A DNA stretch of 64,000 nucleotides. It comes from an uncultured Verrucomicrobiae bacterium. GTDB lineage: Bacteria > Verrucomicrobiota > Verrucomicrobiia > Limisphaerales > JAFGQR01. This document shows, in pieces, positions 32,663 to 44,169 of this stretch. The first letter of the stretch is position 1; the number at the start of each line of letters is the position of its first letter. The stretch is from assembly GCA_963788655.1 (NCBI GenBank), contig CAWBHS010000075.1:63760-127759 (forward strand), in the 5' to 3' direction. Position numbers and translations under genes: made by a program. The notes under the pieces were generated by a model. That model was not told where the DNA came from and did no database searches. It saw only the letters and a list, made by a program, of their open reading frames with translations.

Positions 32663-33878
32663 ATGCCCCCGCCTCGCATTTACCTGGACCAGTTGGGCTC
32701 GACGCCGGTGAGGCCGGAAGTGTTCGCGGCCATGCGTCCGTACTTTGTCGAGCAGTGCGGCAATCCGTCTTCGCTGCACCACTGGGGATTGGCCGCCCGC
32801 GACGCCCTGGCGGGAGCGCGCGCACAGGTGGCGGCGTTGATTCATGCCGAAGCGCCGGAGGACATCATTTTCACTTCGGGCGGCACCGAGGCTCTCAACC
32901 TGGCAGTCCAAGGCGTCGCCTACGCCAGTCAGCGCCATGGCCGGCACCTCGTAGCCAGCGCCATCGAACATCCGGCAGTGCTCCGGTCGTTGGAGTTCCT
33001 CGAAACCCAAGGATTCACCACCACGCGCGTCCCGGTCGATGCGGTGGGCCGGATCAATCCCGCGGACGTGGCCGCCGCCCTGACGGAGCAGACCATTCTG
33101 GTATGCACACACCACGCGAACCACGACATTGGCACGATCCAACCCGTCCCGGAGATCGCCGCATTGACCGCCGCGAAAGGGATTCCTTTGTTGGTGGATG
33201 CGACGGCCAGCGCCGGTTGGTTGCCCATCGATGTGCAGGCCATGGGCGCGGGTTTGTTGGCCATGGCTCCGCATCGTTTTAGTGGGCCGAAAGGAGTCGG
33301 CGTGCTGTAGCAAACATCGCCGCACTCGTCTGGCGAGCCGGCTGCTCGGGGGAATGCAGGAATACGGACGCCGCGCCGGGACGGAAAATGTCCCGGCCAT
33401 CGTCGGTGGGGGAGTGGCAGCGGAACTGGCCGCGCGCGAATTGCCGAGCCGGATGGCCCACACCGCCCGGTTGCAACAGGCGCTGTGGACTGGCTTACAA
33501 GCCCGCATTCCTTGCTGCCGATTGAACGGACCGGCGCCGGGACCTGAACGCCTCAGCACCAATCTGAACCTCAGTTTCGAGTTTGTGGAAGGCGAAGGAG
33601 TGGCACTGGCCGCCGACCTTCAGGGTATCGCCATGGCCAGCGGCGCGGCTTGCGTGACGCAGACCTTCAAAGCTGCGCCGGTCCTCCTGGCGCTGGGGCT
33701 GGATCCGGCGTTGGCGCAGGGCAACGTCATCCTGTCGTTGGGCCAGGACAATACCGACAACGAAGTGAACTATGTGCTCGAAAAGCTGCCGGCGATCGTC
33801 GCCAAATTGCGGGGCATGTCTCCGATGTGGGCGGAGTTTCTCCAGGGAACCGTCGTATCGAAGCTGGCTCCCTCCTGA
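32663..33878 (+). CDS. Divergent cysteine desulfurase paralog (frameshift near 33310)
   Basis: GNPSSLH, FTSGGTE, RAGTENV, SGAAC; PLP motif reads PHRFSGPKG. Confidence 0.85.
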
Positions 33879-34053
33879 TAACCGACGCGGCACACCGGCA
33901 GTAGCCATCCACTTTGCGATTGGGCTTCCCAACGAAGATAACTCTCTGATTAACCAAGGCAGGGCAGACGCTAAATTGATTTGTCTCCGGCTTGCTTTCC
34001 ACTCAATTTGCCTTTAAGGAAAAGACAGTGATGTTGGTTGGCTAACGTATCTA

Positions 34054-35100
34054 ATGTTGAACCAGGAAACCATTTTAGAGACGCTGAAGTCGGTAAAGTA
34101 TCCCGGCTATTCGCGGGACATTGTTTCGTTTGGCTTCGTCAAAGACATTCAGGTCGATCAAGACGTTGTTCGCGTCATGGTCCAATTGACTTCACCCAAT
34201 CCCGATGCCGCCCGGCAGATCCAGGAGGATTGCGAAGCCGCCTTAAAAGCCCTGCCCGAAGTTCAACAGGCACAGGTGAGCGTCCAAATGCCTCCAGACA
34301 CCGGCGCCGCAACTGCGGCGTCCAGCCCATGGGCCAATCAGAGCCAAGTGCCCGGGATCAAACGGCTCGTGGCGGTGGCGAGCGGCAAAGGCGGTGTGGG
34401 CAAATCCACGGTGGCGGTCAATCTCGCGTGCGCCTTGCAGCGGCTGGGTGCCCGCGTGGGTTTGCTGGATTGTGATATTTACGGACCAAGCATTCCGTTG
34501 ATGATGGGAGTCAAACAACGGCCAACGCTGGGGCACGACGAGAAGCTGGTGCCCCCGGTGAATTATGACGTGAAGTTGATGAGCATCGGGTTCCTGGTCG
34601 ATGCCGACACGCCGGTGATCTGGCGCGGGCCGATGATCGTGAAGACCATTCAGCAATTCATCCATTCCGTGGAATGGGGGGAGTTGGATTATTTGCTGGT
34701 GGATTTGCCGCCGGGCACCGGCGATGCGCAGTTGACCTTGTGCCAAACGGTGCCGTTGGATGGTGGGGTAATCGTCACGACGCCACAGGAAGCTTCGTTG
34801 GGCGTCGTGCGCAAAGGCATCGCCATGTTCACCAAAGTCAACGTGCCCATTGCGGGATTAGTGGAAAACATGAGCTATTTTACCGCGCCGGGTGGGGAGC
34901 GGGTGGAGATCTTCGGGCATGGCGGCGGCCAGGCCGAAGCGGAACGGCAGCACGTGCCGTTTTTGGGCGAGGTGCCGATCTTTACCGAGATTCGCGTGGG
35001 CGGCGATCAGGGCGTGCCGGTGGTAGTTTCCGCACCCGACTCACCGGCGGGACAATCGTTCATTCGGATTGCTGAAGCCCTAAAGCGTTCCTTGCCATAA
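34054..35100 (+). CDS. mrp: Mrp/ApbC Fe-S carrier ATPase
   Basis: SGKGGVGKST, DIYGPS, WRGPM, DLPPGTGD, ENMS. Confidence 0.96.
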   Translation: MLNQETILETLKSVKYPGYSRDIVSFGFVKDIQVDQDVVRVMVQLTSPNPDAARQIQEDCEAALKALPEVQQAQVSVQMPPDTGAATAASSPWANQSQVPGIKRLVAVASGKGGVGKSTVAVNLACALQRLGARVGLLDCDIYGPSIPLMMGVKQRPTLGHDEKLVPPVNYDVKLMSIGFLVDADTPVIWRGPMIVKTIQQFIHSVEWGELDYLLVDLPPGTGDAQLTLCQTVPLDGGVIVTTPQEASLGVVRKGIAMFTKVNVPIAGLVENMSYFTAPGGERVEIFGHGGGQAEAERQHVPFLGEVPIFTEIRVGGDQGVPVVVSAPDSPAGQSFIRIAEALKRSLP

Positions 35101-35361
35101 GGGTTAGCGGCTTGCCCCGGGGCTATTGCGGATTTCTCATAGTGAAGTCCCCTTTCGCGTCGGCCGCCCAAAAATCAAAGCGAAAGGCGTAAACGGCGGA
35201 TGGACGGGCCGGCGTGGGTCGTCCCTGCTTTGTAACGGAACTCGGGCGGGGCATCCGCCACGTCGAAACCGGGCAACCCGGTGACCGAACTGGTGAGGGA
35301 GGGACGCGGGGGCGTCAGGGCACGCTTGCCAACCGGGCTTGGCCGTGTTGAAATACATTCC

Positions 35362-35649
35362 ATGGCAACTGATGGCCATCCGGATTCACTGCGGGAGCAA
35401 CCGGCGCCGTATGCGCCGCCGCCGGCCACACAGCGGTTGATTGACGAGTTATACCGGGAGGAGTTGATCGAGGCGCGCGCGATGTCGCCGGAGGCCAAGC
35501 TGCTCGCCGGGGAGGAACTCTTCCATTACGCCTGCTCCATTACGCTGGCAGGCATTCGGAACCAGTTTCCCGAAGCCGACGAAGCAGAATGGCGACGCAT
35601 TTTGAATAGCCGGCTGGAATTGCAGCGCTGGCTGGAGGAGCACCCGTGA
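35362..35649 (+). CDS. Small putative antitoxin
   Basis: ARAMSPEAKL...AGIRNQFPEA; GTGA overlap with the next gene. Confidence 0.65.
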   Translation: MATDGHPDSLREQPAPYAPPPATQRLIDELYREELIEARAMSPEAKLLAGEELFHYACSITLAGIRNQFPEADEAEWRRILNSRLELQRWLEEHP

Positions 35650-36114
35650 CGCCAGAGGCGAGTCTGATGGTGCGCGCGGCGGACGCGCTGACGGAGGGCG
35701 GCATCGCCTACATGCTGGCGGTGTCGGTGGCGATTTCATCGGGGCAGCGACTTCGTAGCAAACCCGCAATTGTCTTTCGAGACGAACACGGGAACATACC
35801 GGCAGCTCATTGAGCACAAGGGCAGCCCGTTCAAGCTCGAGTTGTTCCTGCTCTCCGATAATCCCCATGACCAGATGCGCTTCGAGAGGCGGGTGGAAGT
35901 GGCCTTCTTTGCCCGGCGGCTCTGGCTGCCCACACCCGAGGACGTGATCATCTGGAAGCTGCGCTGGGCGCGATCAAAGGACCGTGACGACGTGCGCGCG
36001 GTGATGGGCGTGCAGCAGGACAAGCTCGATTGGCCTTACATCGAGGGCTGGTGCGGGCGGCACGGCACGCGAGCGTTGCTGGAGGAAATCCGGCGCACCG
36101 TGCCGATGCTCTGA
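35646..36114 (+). pseudogene. Nucleotidyltransferase-like gene with internal deletion/frameshift
   Basis: MTPEASL...GIAYMLA breaks off where a GS...DxD motif is expected; C-half PTPEDVIIWKLRW..KDRDDV..LDWPYIEGWC is intact. Confidence 0.7.
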
Positions 36115-36531
36115 TGGGTCGCTCCCCAACCTCCGTTTTCCCCGTTTCCACCCGTTCCTGCCTGCGTTGGTGCGCCTTAGCCAACCACTGTCATGGAAAC
36201 ATCCCAAAGAACCGGGGGATGCCACTGGGCCGTAACCGAGGCCGCAGGACAGACAGCATACCACGAAACTCAGAACAGCGGCTCCGGACGGTTGCAGCGG
36301 CTGGTCTTCAATGGCGTGTCGGGTGGTCAGTCGGTGATCGCTTCGGTGTATTCAATTCCGAGGTCAAACGGTGCGCCGACACTGGGCCGTGGCCCGAGTC
36401 CGGCTTTTCAAGTTGATTGCTCCGCAACCCGCCCCGCCAGGAAGCTCGCAAAGAACCATGAGAACCTCGACGGGACGCGTCGCTTGGGAACGAGCAAATG
36501 TTGGTCGCCGCCAACGAAGCCGCGGCTTCGC

Positions 36532-37239
36532 TCAGGCCCAAAGAAACTGCGACGTGACTTCCCGATAGAACCTTTGGTTGTCTTGGGCAATCCGATGGGC
36601 CATGGTCACACTGATATTGAACATGACGGGAGCGGCCAGCTCGGGGAGCTGTTTGACGATCAAGTGAAAAGCGTTCGTGGTCATCCGGAACAGCCGGCTC
36701 TGCGTGTCGGCGAGCACGTCCGCCGTTCGTTTGCTTTGCAGAAACATCCCCAGCTCGCCAAAGAACTCCCCGGCGTCAAGTTTGCATAGCGTCTTGTCCT
36801 GCTTGTCCACAATGCCGACGGTCAGGCGGACGCGCAGCTCGCCCGCGAGGACGAAGTAAACCGCGTCGCACGGGTCGCCATTCCGAACCACCAAGTCGCC
36901 CGGTGCCACTTCACAAAACTCACCCAACCGCGCCAGTTGTTCCAAAGCATTGTCCGTCAAACCGGCGAAGACCGGCAACGCGCGCAACGTCGCGGCAACC
37001 GAATCTTCGTCCTCGCCCGCCTTGCCTATTGCGCCTGCCTTTGCGGAGGGGAAATGTTCGTGCAACCCTTCGACGTCGCCGGCGCGGCACCACCGCCGGT
37101 TGGACTCGGGCTGCACAAAGGTGTCGGGCAAAACGCGCTCGTCTTGAATCCATTGGACGAGCGTCGTTACATCGACGGGTCCGTAGGCGGTTTCGTTTTC
37201 AGCCCACACTTTGAAAGACTGGGTGCCGGCGGTGTTCAT
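36532..37239 (-). CDS. Cyclic nucleotide-binding protein with N-terminal GYF-like domain
   Basis: YGPV..LVQWIQDERV; GEFFGELG...RTADV. Confidence 0.88.
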   Translation of the reverse strand: MNTAGTQSFKVWAENETAYGPVDVTTLVQWIQDERVLPDTFVQPESNRRWCRAGDVEGLHEHFPSAKAGAIGKAGEDEDSVAATLRALPVFAGLTDNALEQLARLGEFCEVAPGDLVVRNGDPCDAVYFVLAGELRVRLTVGIVDKQDKTLCKLDAGEFFGELGMFLQSKRTADVLADTQSRLFRMTTNAFHLIVKQLPELAAPVMFNISVTMAHRIAQDNQRFYREVTSQFLWA

Positions 37240-37810
37240 TTGCCCATGCTCAAGAGTGGTTGAAAGCGAGTCAAGTTCTTTGGGTTCACCTCCGGGCGCC
37301 CGCCAGGTTGGGCTGACCTTTTATGCTTGATCGAGTTCAACATGCCCTGGCCTCAAGCATTTCACGGTCGCCGCGAAGGCTTTGTCGGTTCTCGATGGTT
37401 GCCTGTCCGATACCGAACCAGCGGCTCCGACCGACCCTTTCCGCACAAGTTTTCGGACCCTTTGAGCTCCAGGTTCAATTCCTGGCGGGATCACCCAACG
37501 CGCTCGCTGGTTCCGTTTTGCGCCGAAGCCAACTGCGATCCTGGGGTGCATTCCCGAACCACACCTTCGTGATACCCCAGCCCCAACGTCGCACCTCGCT
37601 TTGTTACCTCCTTGCGGGAGTCGAATTTCCTCGAATGCCCCGCGGGGCTTCCGAGTCAAAGATTTACGGTTTGATTATTTTGGGCCAACACCCCAGTGTA
37701 ATCAGTGGTTGAAAAGAAGCGGGTAACCAGGTGTTCAGCATACGGACGGTAGCTTGCCGGCACGAATCCGGCTGCGCAGAACGCGACCGCGATTAGAAGT
37801 ACATGCGGAT

Positions 37811-39480
37811 ATGAGCATTACCCAAATACTTATCAAAAAGGGGCTGCTGGCTCCGGAACAGATGGACGAAGCCGTCGCGCTGCAGAAAGCCGAAGGCTTG
37901 CGGCTGGACCGGGCCATTGTCCAGTTGGGTTTCCTGACCGAGCGGCAGTTGCTGGAAGTGATGTCCGAGCAGTTGCACCTGCCCATGATCGAACTGGCCG
38001 ATACCATCATCGATCCGCAAGTCCTTCGCATGCTGCCGCCCAAGGTCGTCTATCGCAAACGCCTCGTGCCGGTGGCCCGCCAAAACGGCACCCTCAAAGT
38101 CGCCACCAGCGACGCCTTCGACCTGTACGCGTTTGACGATCTGCGGTTGCTGACAGGGCTGAACATCCAGCCCGTTCTGGCCCCGCGGGAGGAGATTGAA
38201 AAGATCATCAAGTCCCATTACGGCGTGGGTGGCGATACGCTCGATGAAATGGTGGGGGGGACGACCTCGATCTCGCCAAGGCCGCCGGCGAAACCAGCGA
38301 AGACCTGCTGGAAATGGCGCAGGAAGCCAGCGTCATCAAACTGGTCAATGAAATCACCGTCGAAGCATTGAACGAGCGGGCCAGCGACATTCACATCGAG
38401 CCGTACGAACATCAACTGTCCATCCGCTACCGCATTGACGGCGTGTTGCAGGAAGCGTCCATTCCCCCGCAAATGCACCGCTTCCAGGCGGCGATCATCA
38501 GCCGCATCAAAATTTTGGCGAACATGAACATCTCCGAGCGGCGCGTGCCGCAGGATGGCCGGATCAAATTCCAGGTGGGCGGCCGGCAGATTGACGTGCG
38601 CGTCAGTGTCATTCCCATGCTCTTCGGCGAAGGCGTGGTCATGCGGTTGCTCGACAAAAGCAGCGTCCTGTTCACCCTCCAGGAACTGGGCATGGACGAC
38701 CATACGTTTGGGATGTTTGACCAACTGATTCAGCGGCCGCACGGCATCATCCTCGTCACCGGCCCGACTGGCAGCGGCAAAACCACCACGCTCTACGCCG
38801 CGCTCAATGCGATTGTCGGTCCCACGATCAAAGTGCTCACGGTGGAAGATCCGGTGGAATACAATTTACAGGGCGTGAACCAGATTCCGGTCGATAGCCG
38901 GGTGGGCATGAGCTTCGAGCGGGGATTGCGGGCCATTCTGCGTCACGATCCGGACGTGGTGATGATCGGGGAAATTCGCGACCTGGAAACCGCCCGCGCG
39001 GCGACGCAAGCGGCGTTGACCGGCCACTTGGTTTTCTCCACGTTGCACACGAATGACGCGGCCACGGCGCCCATGCGCTTGATCGACATGGGCGTGGAAC
39101 CTTATCTGGTGTGCAGCACGCTGATTGGCGCCATGGCTCAACGTTTGGTGCGCCGAATCTGTCCGAAGTGCAAGCAGCCCGCCCAGCCGAACCGGGAGAA
39201 GTTGCCGCCGGATTTGCAGTTGGCCCCGGACGAACTGGTTTACCAGGGCACCGGCTGTCCCCATTGCCGGAATACCGGCTACCGTGGTCGCACCGGCCTG
39301 TACGAATTGATGGCCGTCACCGATGAGGTCGCTGAAAAGATCATGCACCGCTCGCCGACGCCGGAAATCGTCGCCACGGCCCGGCAAGGCGGACTGCGGC
39401 TTCTGCGGGAGGACGGTTGGTTGAAAGTCCGGCACGGCGCCACCACCATCGACGAAGTGCTCACCTGCACGGCGGTGTAG
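37811..39480 (+). CDS. GspE/PilB secretion ATPase (frameshift at G7 run 38254-38260)
   Basis: ASDIHIEP, GPTGSGKTT, EDPVE, GEIRD, STLHTN, CxxC pairs; adding one G joins the two ORFs. Confidence 0.92.
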
Positions 39481-39641
39481 CCCGAACGGGTACGCCGGCC
39501 GGGGGTGAAGTTGCCTTCGCCTTGGCCGAACTGAAGATTCCCACCTGTTGCCGTCGGTCAAAGTCACCAACTCGCCGCCTTCATCACGTGTAAAAACCTG
39601 CTTGAATTGCCGCTGGTCTGGCGATTGTATGACGCACTTAT

Positions 39642-41810
39642 ATGATCTCCACACGCCGGCACTTTGCTTTGCTCGCCCTCGCGGTTTCGTTGTTTGGCTT
39701 CCTGGCCCACGGACGAACTGCTTCCGCCGCGACTGAAGAACGGCGATTGACCCTGGCTTTGGCTGGCACGAATCAGGTCGGACTCCACGAACGCTTCGAA
39801 TTTGTCATCGGCTGGGATCAAGCTTATGCGAATCCTTACGATTCGGACGAAGTCGAAGTGAATCTCGAAGTCTCCGAGCCCGATGGCGGCAAGGTGATCG
39901 TTCCTGCCTTCTTCCATCAAGCGTGTGAGTGGCGCCAACCTGAGGGCGGCCGGCGGCGCAACGACTGGATCTATCCGGTCGGCCAACCCGGTTGGCGAGT
40001 CCGGTTCACGCCGGAGACGGAAGGGGCCTACACCGCCGTCGCAGTCCTCAAGGATGGCAGTGGTTCGTGGCAATCCCAAACGGTGAATTTTCGTGGGAGG
40101 CCAGGGCCGGATAAAGGCTGCGTTCGGGTGTCGCCAAGGGATCCGCGTTTCTTCGCGTTCGGCGATGGCACGCCATTCTTCCCGATTGGGCAAAACGTGG
40201 CGTTCATCGGTGCGGGACAATACTTGAACACGACGAGAGCGGGAGAAGTGTTCCGTAAAATGGGTGACAACGGTGCGAACTTTGCCCGTGTCTGGGTGGG
40301 CGCGGAGGATTGGGCGCTCGGCATCGAAGCGCGCAAAAGCGCTTGGGGCCGGTCCTGGAGTTGGAATCCGCCCTTCGCGCCGATGCCCGGGCGGGATGGT
40401 TATCACGCGAATGAACTCTGTGTGCAGCTCGGCGGCGCCAATCCAGCCAAAGCGACATTGTCACCGACCCGTCCCATCGCCCTGCGTGCCGACACGAAAT
40501 ATACGCTGTCCGGCCGGGCGCTGACCGATGCGGGGACGGAATTGCAGATCGACTTGTCAGGCAGTGAAAACATCAAAGCCATCCGCAGTGAAAAACAAGA
40601 CCAGTGGACGCGTTTCCAGCGCCCGTTCCTGACCGGGGCCGAGCAATGGTGGCTGGGTAATGTAACGTTCCGCACCGAGGGCAAAGGGAGTATATGGCTG
40701 CGCGATCTTTCGTTGCGAGAAGCTGGCGGCGGCCCGGAGCTATTGGACGAAGCCAACCCCCGGCTCGCGCCGCGCGGTGTCTATAATCAGATCGACAGCG
40801 CCATGCTCGACCGGTTGGTGGAAAGGGCGGAACAACACGGCATCTACCTGCAACTGTGTTTGCTCACGCGCGACCATTACCTGCACGACTTGCGCGATCC
40901 GGCCAGCGCCGCTTACCAACGAGCCACCGATGATGCGCGTAAATTGCTTCGGTACGCCGTGGCCCGCTGGGGATATTCAACGCACGTTTTCGCTTGGGAA
41001 TATTTCAATGAAATGGATCCCGGCGCGCCCACGGAACGGTTTTACCGCGAGCTGGGAGATTATCTGGCGCACGTCGATCCGTGGCATCACTTGCGCACCG
41101 TCAGTCATTGGGGGCCGGCACCGCAGCGCTGGGTTTACCCGCAACTCGACATCGCGGACCTGCACCATTACCTGCGGCCGAATGCCCCGCCGTCGTGGAA
41201 AGACGCAGTCGCCGCGGTGCTCGACCGGGCGGCTCTATTGCGTCGGCAGGCGCCGAACAAACCGGCGTTGCTGGGCGAGTTTGGACTGGCCGATGATCGG
41301 TGGGGGCTGAGCCCGTACATGAAACAGGACCGCGACGGCGTACATTTCCACAACGCACTCTGGGCATCGGCCTTCTCGGGCATCTCGGGCACCGCGATGT
41401 TCTGGTGGTGGGAGACCCTGGATCAATTGAACCATTATCCGCAGTACCAGCCACTGGCGAAGTTCCTGGCCGATATTCCGTTTACTTCCGCGCAACTCAA
41501 GAGTGTCGTGCTGCCAACGGCTCACCAGGCCCGCGCGCTGGCCTGGCTTGGCGACGAAGGCGCATATCTGTGGGTTAACAATCCGCAGGCCACTTGGTGG
41601 AATCTGGTGGTTGAGAAGAGACCCGTTGAATCCATCCGCAATGATTCCATATCGCTGACCGGCTTGAAAGACGGCGCGTATCGAATCCAATGGTGGGACA
41701 CCTACACCGGGCAGGTGTTGCAGGAAGGCAAGAATATGGCGACCGGCGGAACATTGAAACTCCCGATCCCAGAGTTCAGCAAAGATCTGGCGTGCAAGGT
41801 GACGCGGTAA
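39642..41810 (+). CDS. Secreted DUF5060-domain glycoside-hydrolase-like protein with inserted CBM-like domain
   Basis: NPYD..EV, WRVRFTP, RYAVARWGYS, WEYFNE, GEFG. Confidence 0.8.
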   Translation: MISTRRHFALLALAVSLFGFLAHGRTASAATEERRLTLALAGTNQVGLHERFEFVIGWDQAYANPYDSDEVEVNLEVSEPDGGKVIVPAFFHQACEWRQPEGGRRRNDWIYPVGQPGWRVRFTPETEGAYTAVAVLKDGSGSWQSQTVNFRGRPGPDKGCVRVSPRDPRFFAFGDGTPFFPIGQNVAFIGAGQYLNTTRAGEVFRKMGDNGANFARVWVGAEDWALGIEARKSAWGRSWSWNPPFAPMPGRDGYHANELCVQLGGANPAKATLSPTRPIALRADTKYTLSGRALTDAGTELQIDLSGSENIKAIRSEKQDQWTRFQRPFLTGAEQWWLGNVTFRTEGKGSIWLRDLSLREAGGGPELLDEANPRLAPRGVYNQIDSAMLDRLVERAEQHGIYLQLCLLTRDHYLHDLRDPASAAYQRATDDARKLLRYAVARWGYSTHVFAWEYFNEMDPGAPTERFYRELGDYLAHVDPWHHLRTVSHWGPAPQRWVYPQLDIADLHHYLRPNAPPSWKDAVAAVLDRAALLRRQAPNKPALLGEFGLADDRWGLSPYMKQDRDGVHFHNALWASAFSGISGTAMFWWWETLDQLNHYPQYQPLAKFLADIPFTSAQLKSVVLPTAHQARALAWLGDEGAYLWVNNPQATWWNLVVEKRPVESIRNDSISLTGLKDGAYRIQWWDTYTGQVLQEGKNMATGGTLKLPIPEFSKDLACKVTR

Positions 41811-42054
41811 GGAGAGACATTGCGTGGGCATGACGCCAATGCGTCCGAGTTTTAGACTGACGCTGTTTAAGCTGAGCGCGACTTGTCATTCTCACCCCTT
41901 GTCCCACCCCCCTTCCCGCGTCCGTGAGGAAGCGCCTGAACGGTTCCACCTAAACGGAGCAGTTCAACGGCAATGATCAGCGTGGCGGAGCCGCAACCCA
42001 TGGGACGCCAATATCAACGTCGAACACCGTGACGCCGGCGGATGACTTGATGAA

Positions 42055-42118
42055 CCGCAAAGGCACGAAGCGCGCAAAGAAGCTCATCCGTCCTTTGCGC
42101 GCTTCGTGCCTTGGCGGT
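42055..42118. repeat. Palindrome ACCGCAAAGGCACGAAGCGCGCAAAG...CTTTGCGCGCTTCGTGCCTTGGCGGT
   Basis: 26-bp arms with one mismatch. Confidence 0.85.
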
Positions 42119-42261
42119 GAAATGGACCCGTCCAAACCCTTGGCGGTGAAAGCCGACGGAATTCGTGATCCCGCGCCGCGGAGCCGCAATCCAATCATGG
42201 TAGGACAACAGGGCAGAGCCACCCGCCAGCTAAAACCGCCCGCCAAACGCCGGCGGGATTC

Positions 42262-43893
42262 TCATGCTTCGCGGGATGTTTCTGATTTCGACCCTGTTCC
42301 GGCGTTGGTCTCCGGTGACGCCCCGGATTCGAGCCCGAGCAAGCGTCCGTCAATGTCGGCGAGCAATTCTTCGTAAACCTTTTGGTTGAGGATGCCCTGC
42401 CGTAGCGCGTCGATGATGTAATCCTTCTCCACCAGCAACAGTCGTCGTCGCGCCCATACGGCTTCTTCCTGCTGAATATCCTGTTGTCGGATCTGCAGCT
42501 CGTGCAGCTTCGATTTGGCCCCTTGAATCTGGTGGTCATATTCCGCGCGCAGCGATTCGATCAGCTCGGGATGGGCAAAGTGCGTGCGCGACATTTCCTC
42601 AAGCTCGATCCGCGCGGCCTGTTGCGCCTGAAGTCGGCCACGGGTCAACTCGTATTCTTCCTGGTGTTCCCGCCGGCTGACCACACCCAGCCAGCTTAGC
42701 AACCACGGCATGGTCAGGCCGTGGATAAGCAGCGACAGGATGACCACCCCAAACGTCATGGTCACCAGCAATTCCCGGTGCGGGAACGCCAGCGGCAGAC
42801 TCAGTACCAAGACCATGGGCAGGCCGCCCCGCAGGCCGCCCCATGTCAGCACGGCGCTCCACTGCCAGGGAATGCGTTCGCGCGTGGCTCGCAACACGCC
42901 CGACGCCAGGTAAACCACCACCGCTCGCCCGAAGGTCACCACAAAATACGCCACCAGGATCGCCTTCCAGGACGCCGTCAACGTTTCCAGGTTCACCTCC
43001 AGCCCAATGAGCAAGAACACAATCGAGTTCAGCGCAAAGGCCACGTATTCCCAGAACGTTTCCACCGCCACCCGGGTCGTCGGTGTCATCCCGGTGCGGG
43101 CGCCGTAATTCCCGCAGAGCATGCCGGCGGTCACGGTGGCAATGACGCCCGAATAATGAAACTGTTCGGCGGCGACAAACGATCCGTAGGCCGCAATGGT
43201 GGTGAGCGTGATTTCGATCATCGGATCATCGACGCGCTGAATGACCTTCGAAACCACAAAGCCCGTCGCCGCGCCAATCAGCAGACCGAAACCCACGATT
43301 TTCACAAAGTCCAGCGCCAGTCCGCCAGCGCTGAACTGGCTGCCGGTCACCAGCGATAAACTGAGCGTGAAGAACACAATGGCGGTGCCGTCGTTCAGGA
43401 GGCTTTCCCCGTCCATCAGCGTGGCCAACCGTTTGGGCGCGCCCAGCGTTTTGAAGATGGCCACGACCGCGATGGGGTCAGTGGCGGAGATCAACGCCCC
43501 AAACACCAGGGCGTAACTCCAATCGAAGTTCTGGGCAAAGTGCAGGCTTTGCGCGATGGGCGTCAGAATCAGGGTGATGAGCACCGTGGCGGTGATCACC
43601 CCGGGGACAGCCAGCGAAAAGATGGCGCCCCGATTGCGCCAGAACTGTTTGAATTCGAGATGAAATGCCGCTTCAAATACCAGTCCCGGCAGGAACACTG
43701 AGAACAGGAGTTCTTTGGTGAGGTGCGGCGCTTCAAAGGCATGCACCAAACCGAGTCCCAAGCCGGCAATCACCAACGCCACGGTGTAAGGAATTCGCCA
43801 ACGCCGCACGGTGATGGCCACGGCGGTGGCCACCACGAAGAGCAACACGAACACCGCTTCATTGTGCGCCGAGATGCCGCCCTCGTGGTTCAT
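42262..43893 (-). CDS. CPA1-family Na+/H+ antiporter
   Basis: ISATDPIAV, GESLLNDG, WGGLRG. Confidence 0.93.
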   Translation of the reverse strand: MNHEGGISAHNEAVFVLLFVVATAVAITVRRWRIPYTVALVIAGLGLGLVHAFEAPHLTKELLFSVFLPGLVFEAAFHLEFKQFWRNRGAIFSLAVPGVITATVLITLILTPIAQSLHFAQNFDWSYALVFGALISATDPIAVVAIFKTLGAPKRLATLMDGESLLNDGTAIVFFTLSLSLVTGSQFSAGGLALDFVKIVGFGLLIGAATGFVVSKVIQRVDDPMIEITLTTIAAYGSFVAAEQFHYSGVIATVTAGMLCGNYGARTGMTPTTRVAVETFWEYVAFALNSIVFLLIGLEVNLETLTASWKAILVAYFVVTFGRAVVVYLASGVLRATRERIPWQWSAVLTWGGLRGGLPMVLVLSLPLAFPHRELLVTMTFGVVILSLLIHGLTMPWLLSWLGVVSRREHQEEYELTRGRLQAQQAARIELEEMSRTHFAHPELIESLRAEYDHQIQGAKSKLHELQIRQQDIQQEEAVWARRRLLLVEKDYIIDALRQGILNQKVYEELLADIDGRLLGLESGASPETNAGTGSKSETSREA

Positions 43894-44169
43894 GCGGCCA
43901 GTGCCTTTCGCTTGATCCTATGATGTCGCATCGACCGTTCAATTTTCACGATGACGGGCCACATTGCCAACTCTTAATGCTCGAGGGGGGGGGAAATCCG
44001 AGACAATTCACCCCTTGCACCCGGAACCGTAACGGCGTCTCGGAAGACCGCCATCCTGACCATCGAGAGGTCAGCGGCGCTCGGCCGTAACATCGTATCG
44101 CCGATACCGCGCAAACCGGCAGGCCACTTTCCATTGCACGCCCACTACCACCCGTTGCATAGTGGAGCC

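Noticed and set aside
38254..38260. Phase-variable G-tract in gspE
   Set aside because: Only G7, and homopolymer under-calling is likely given the indel background
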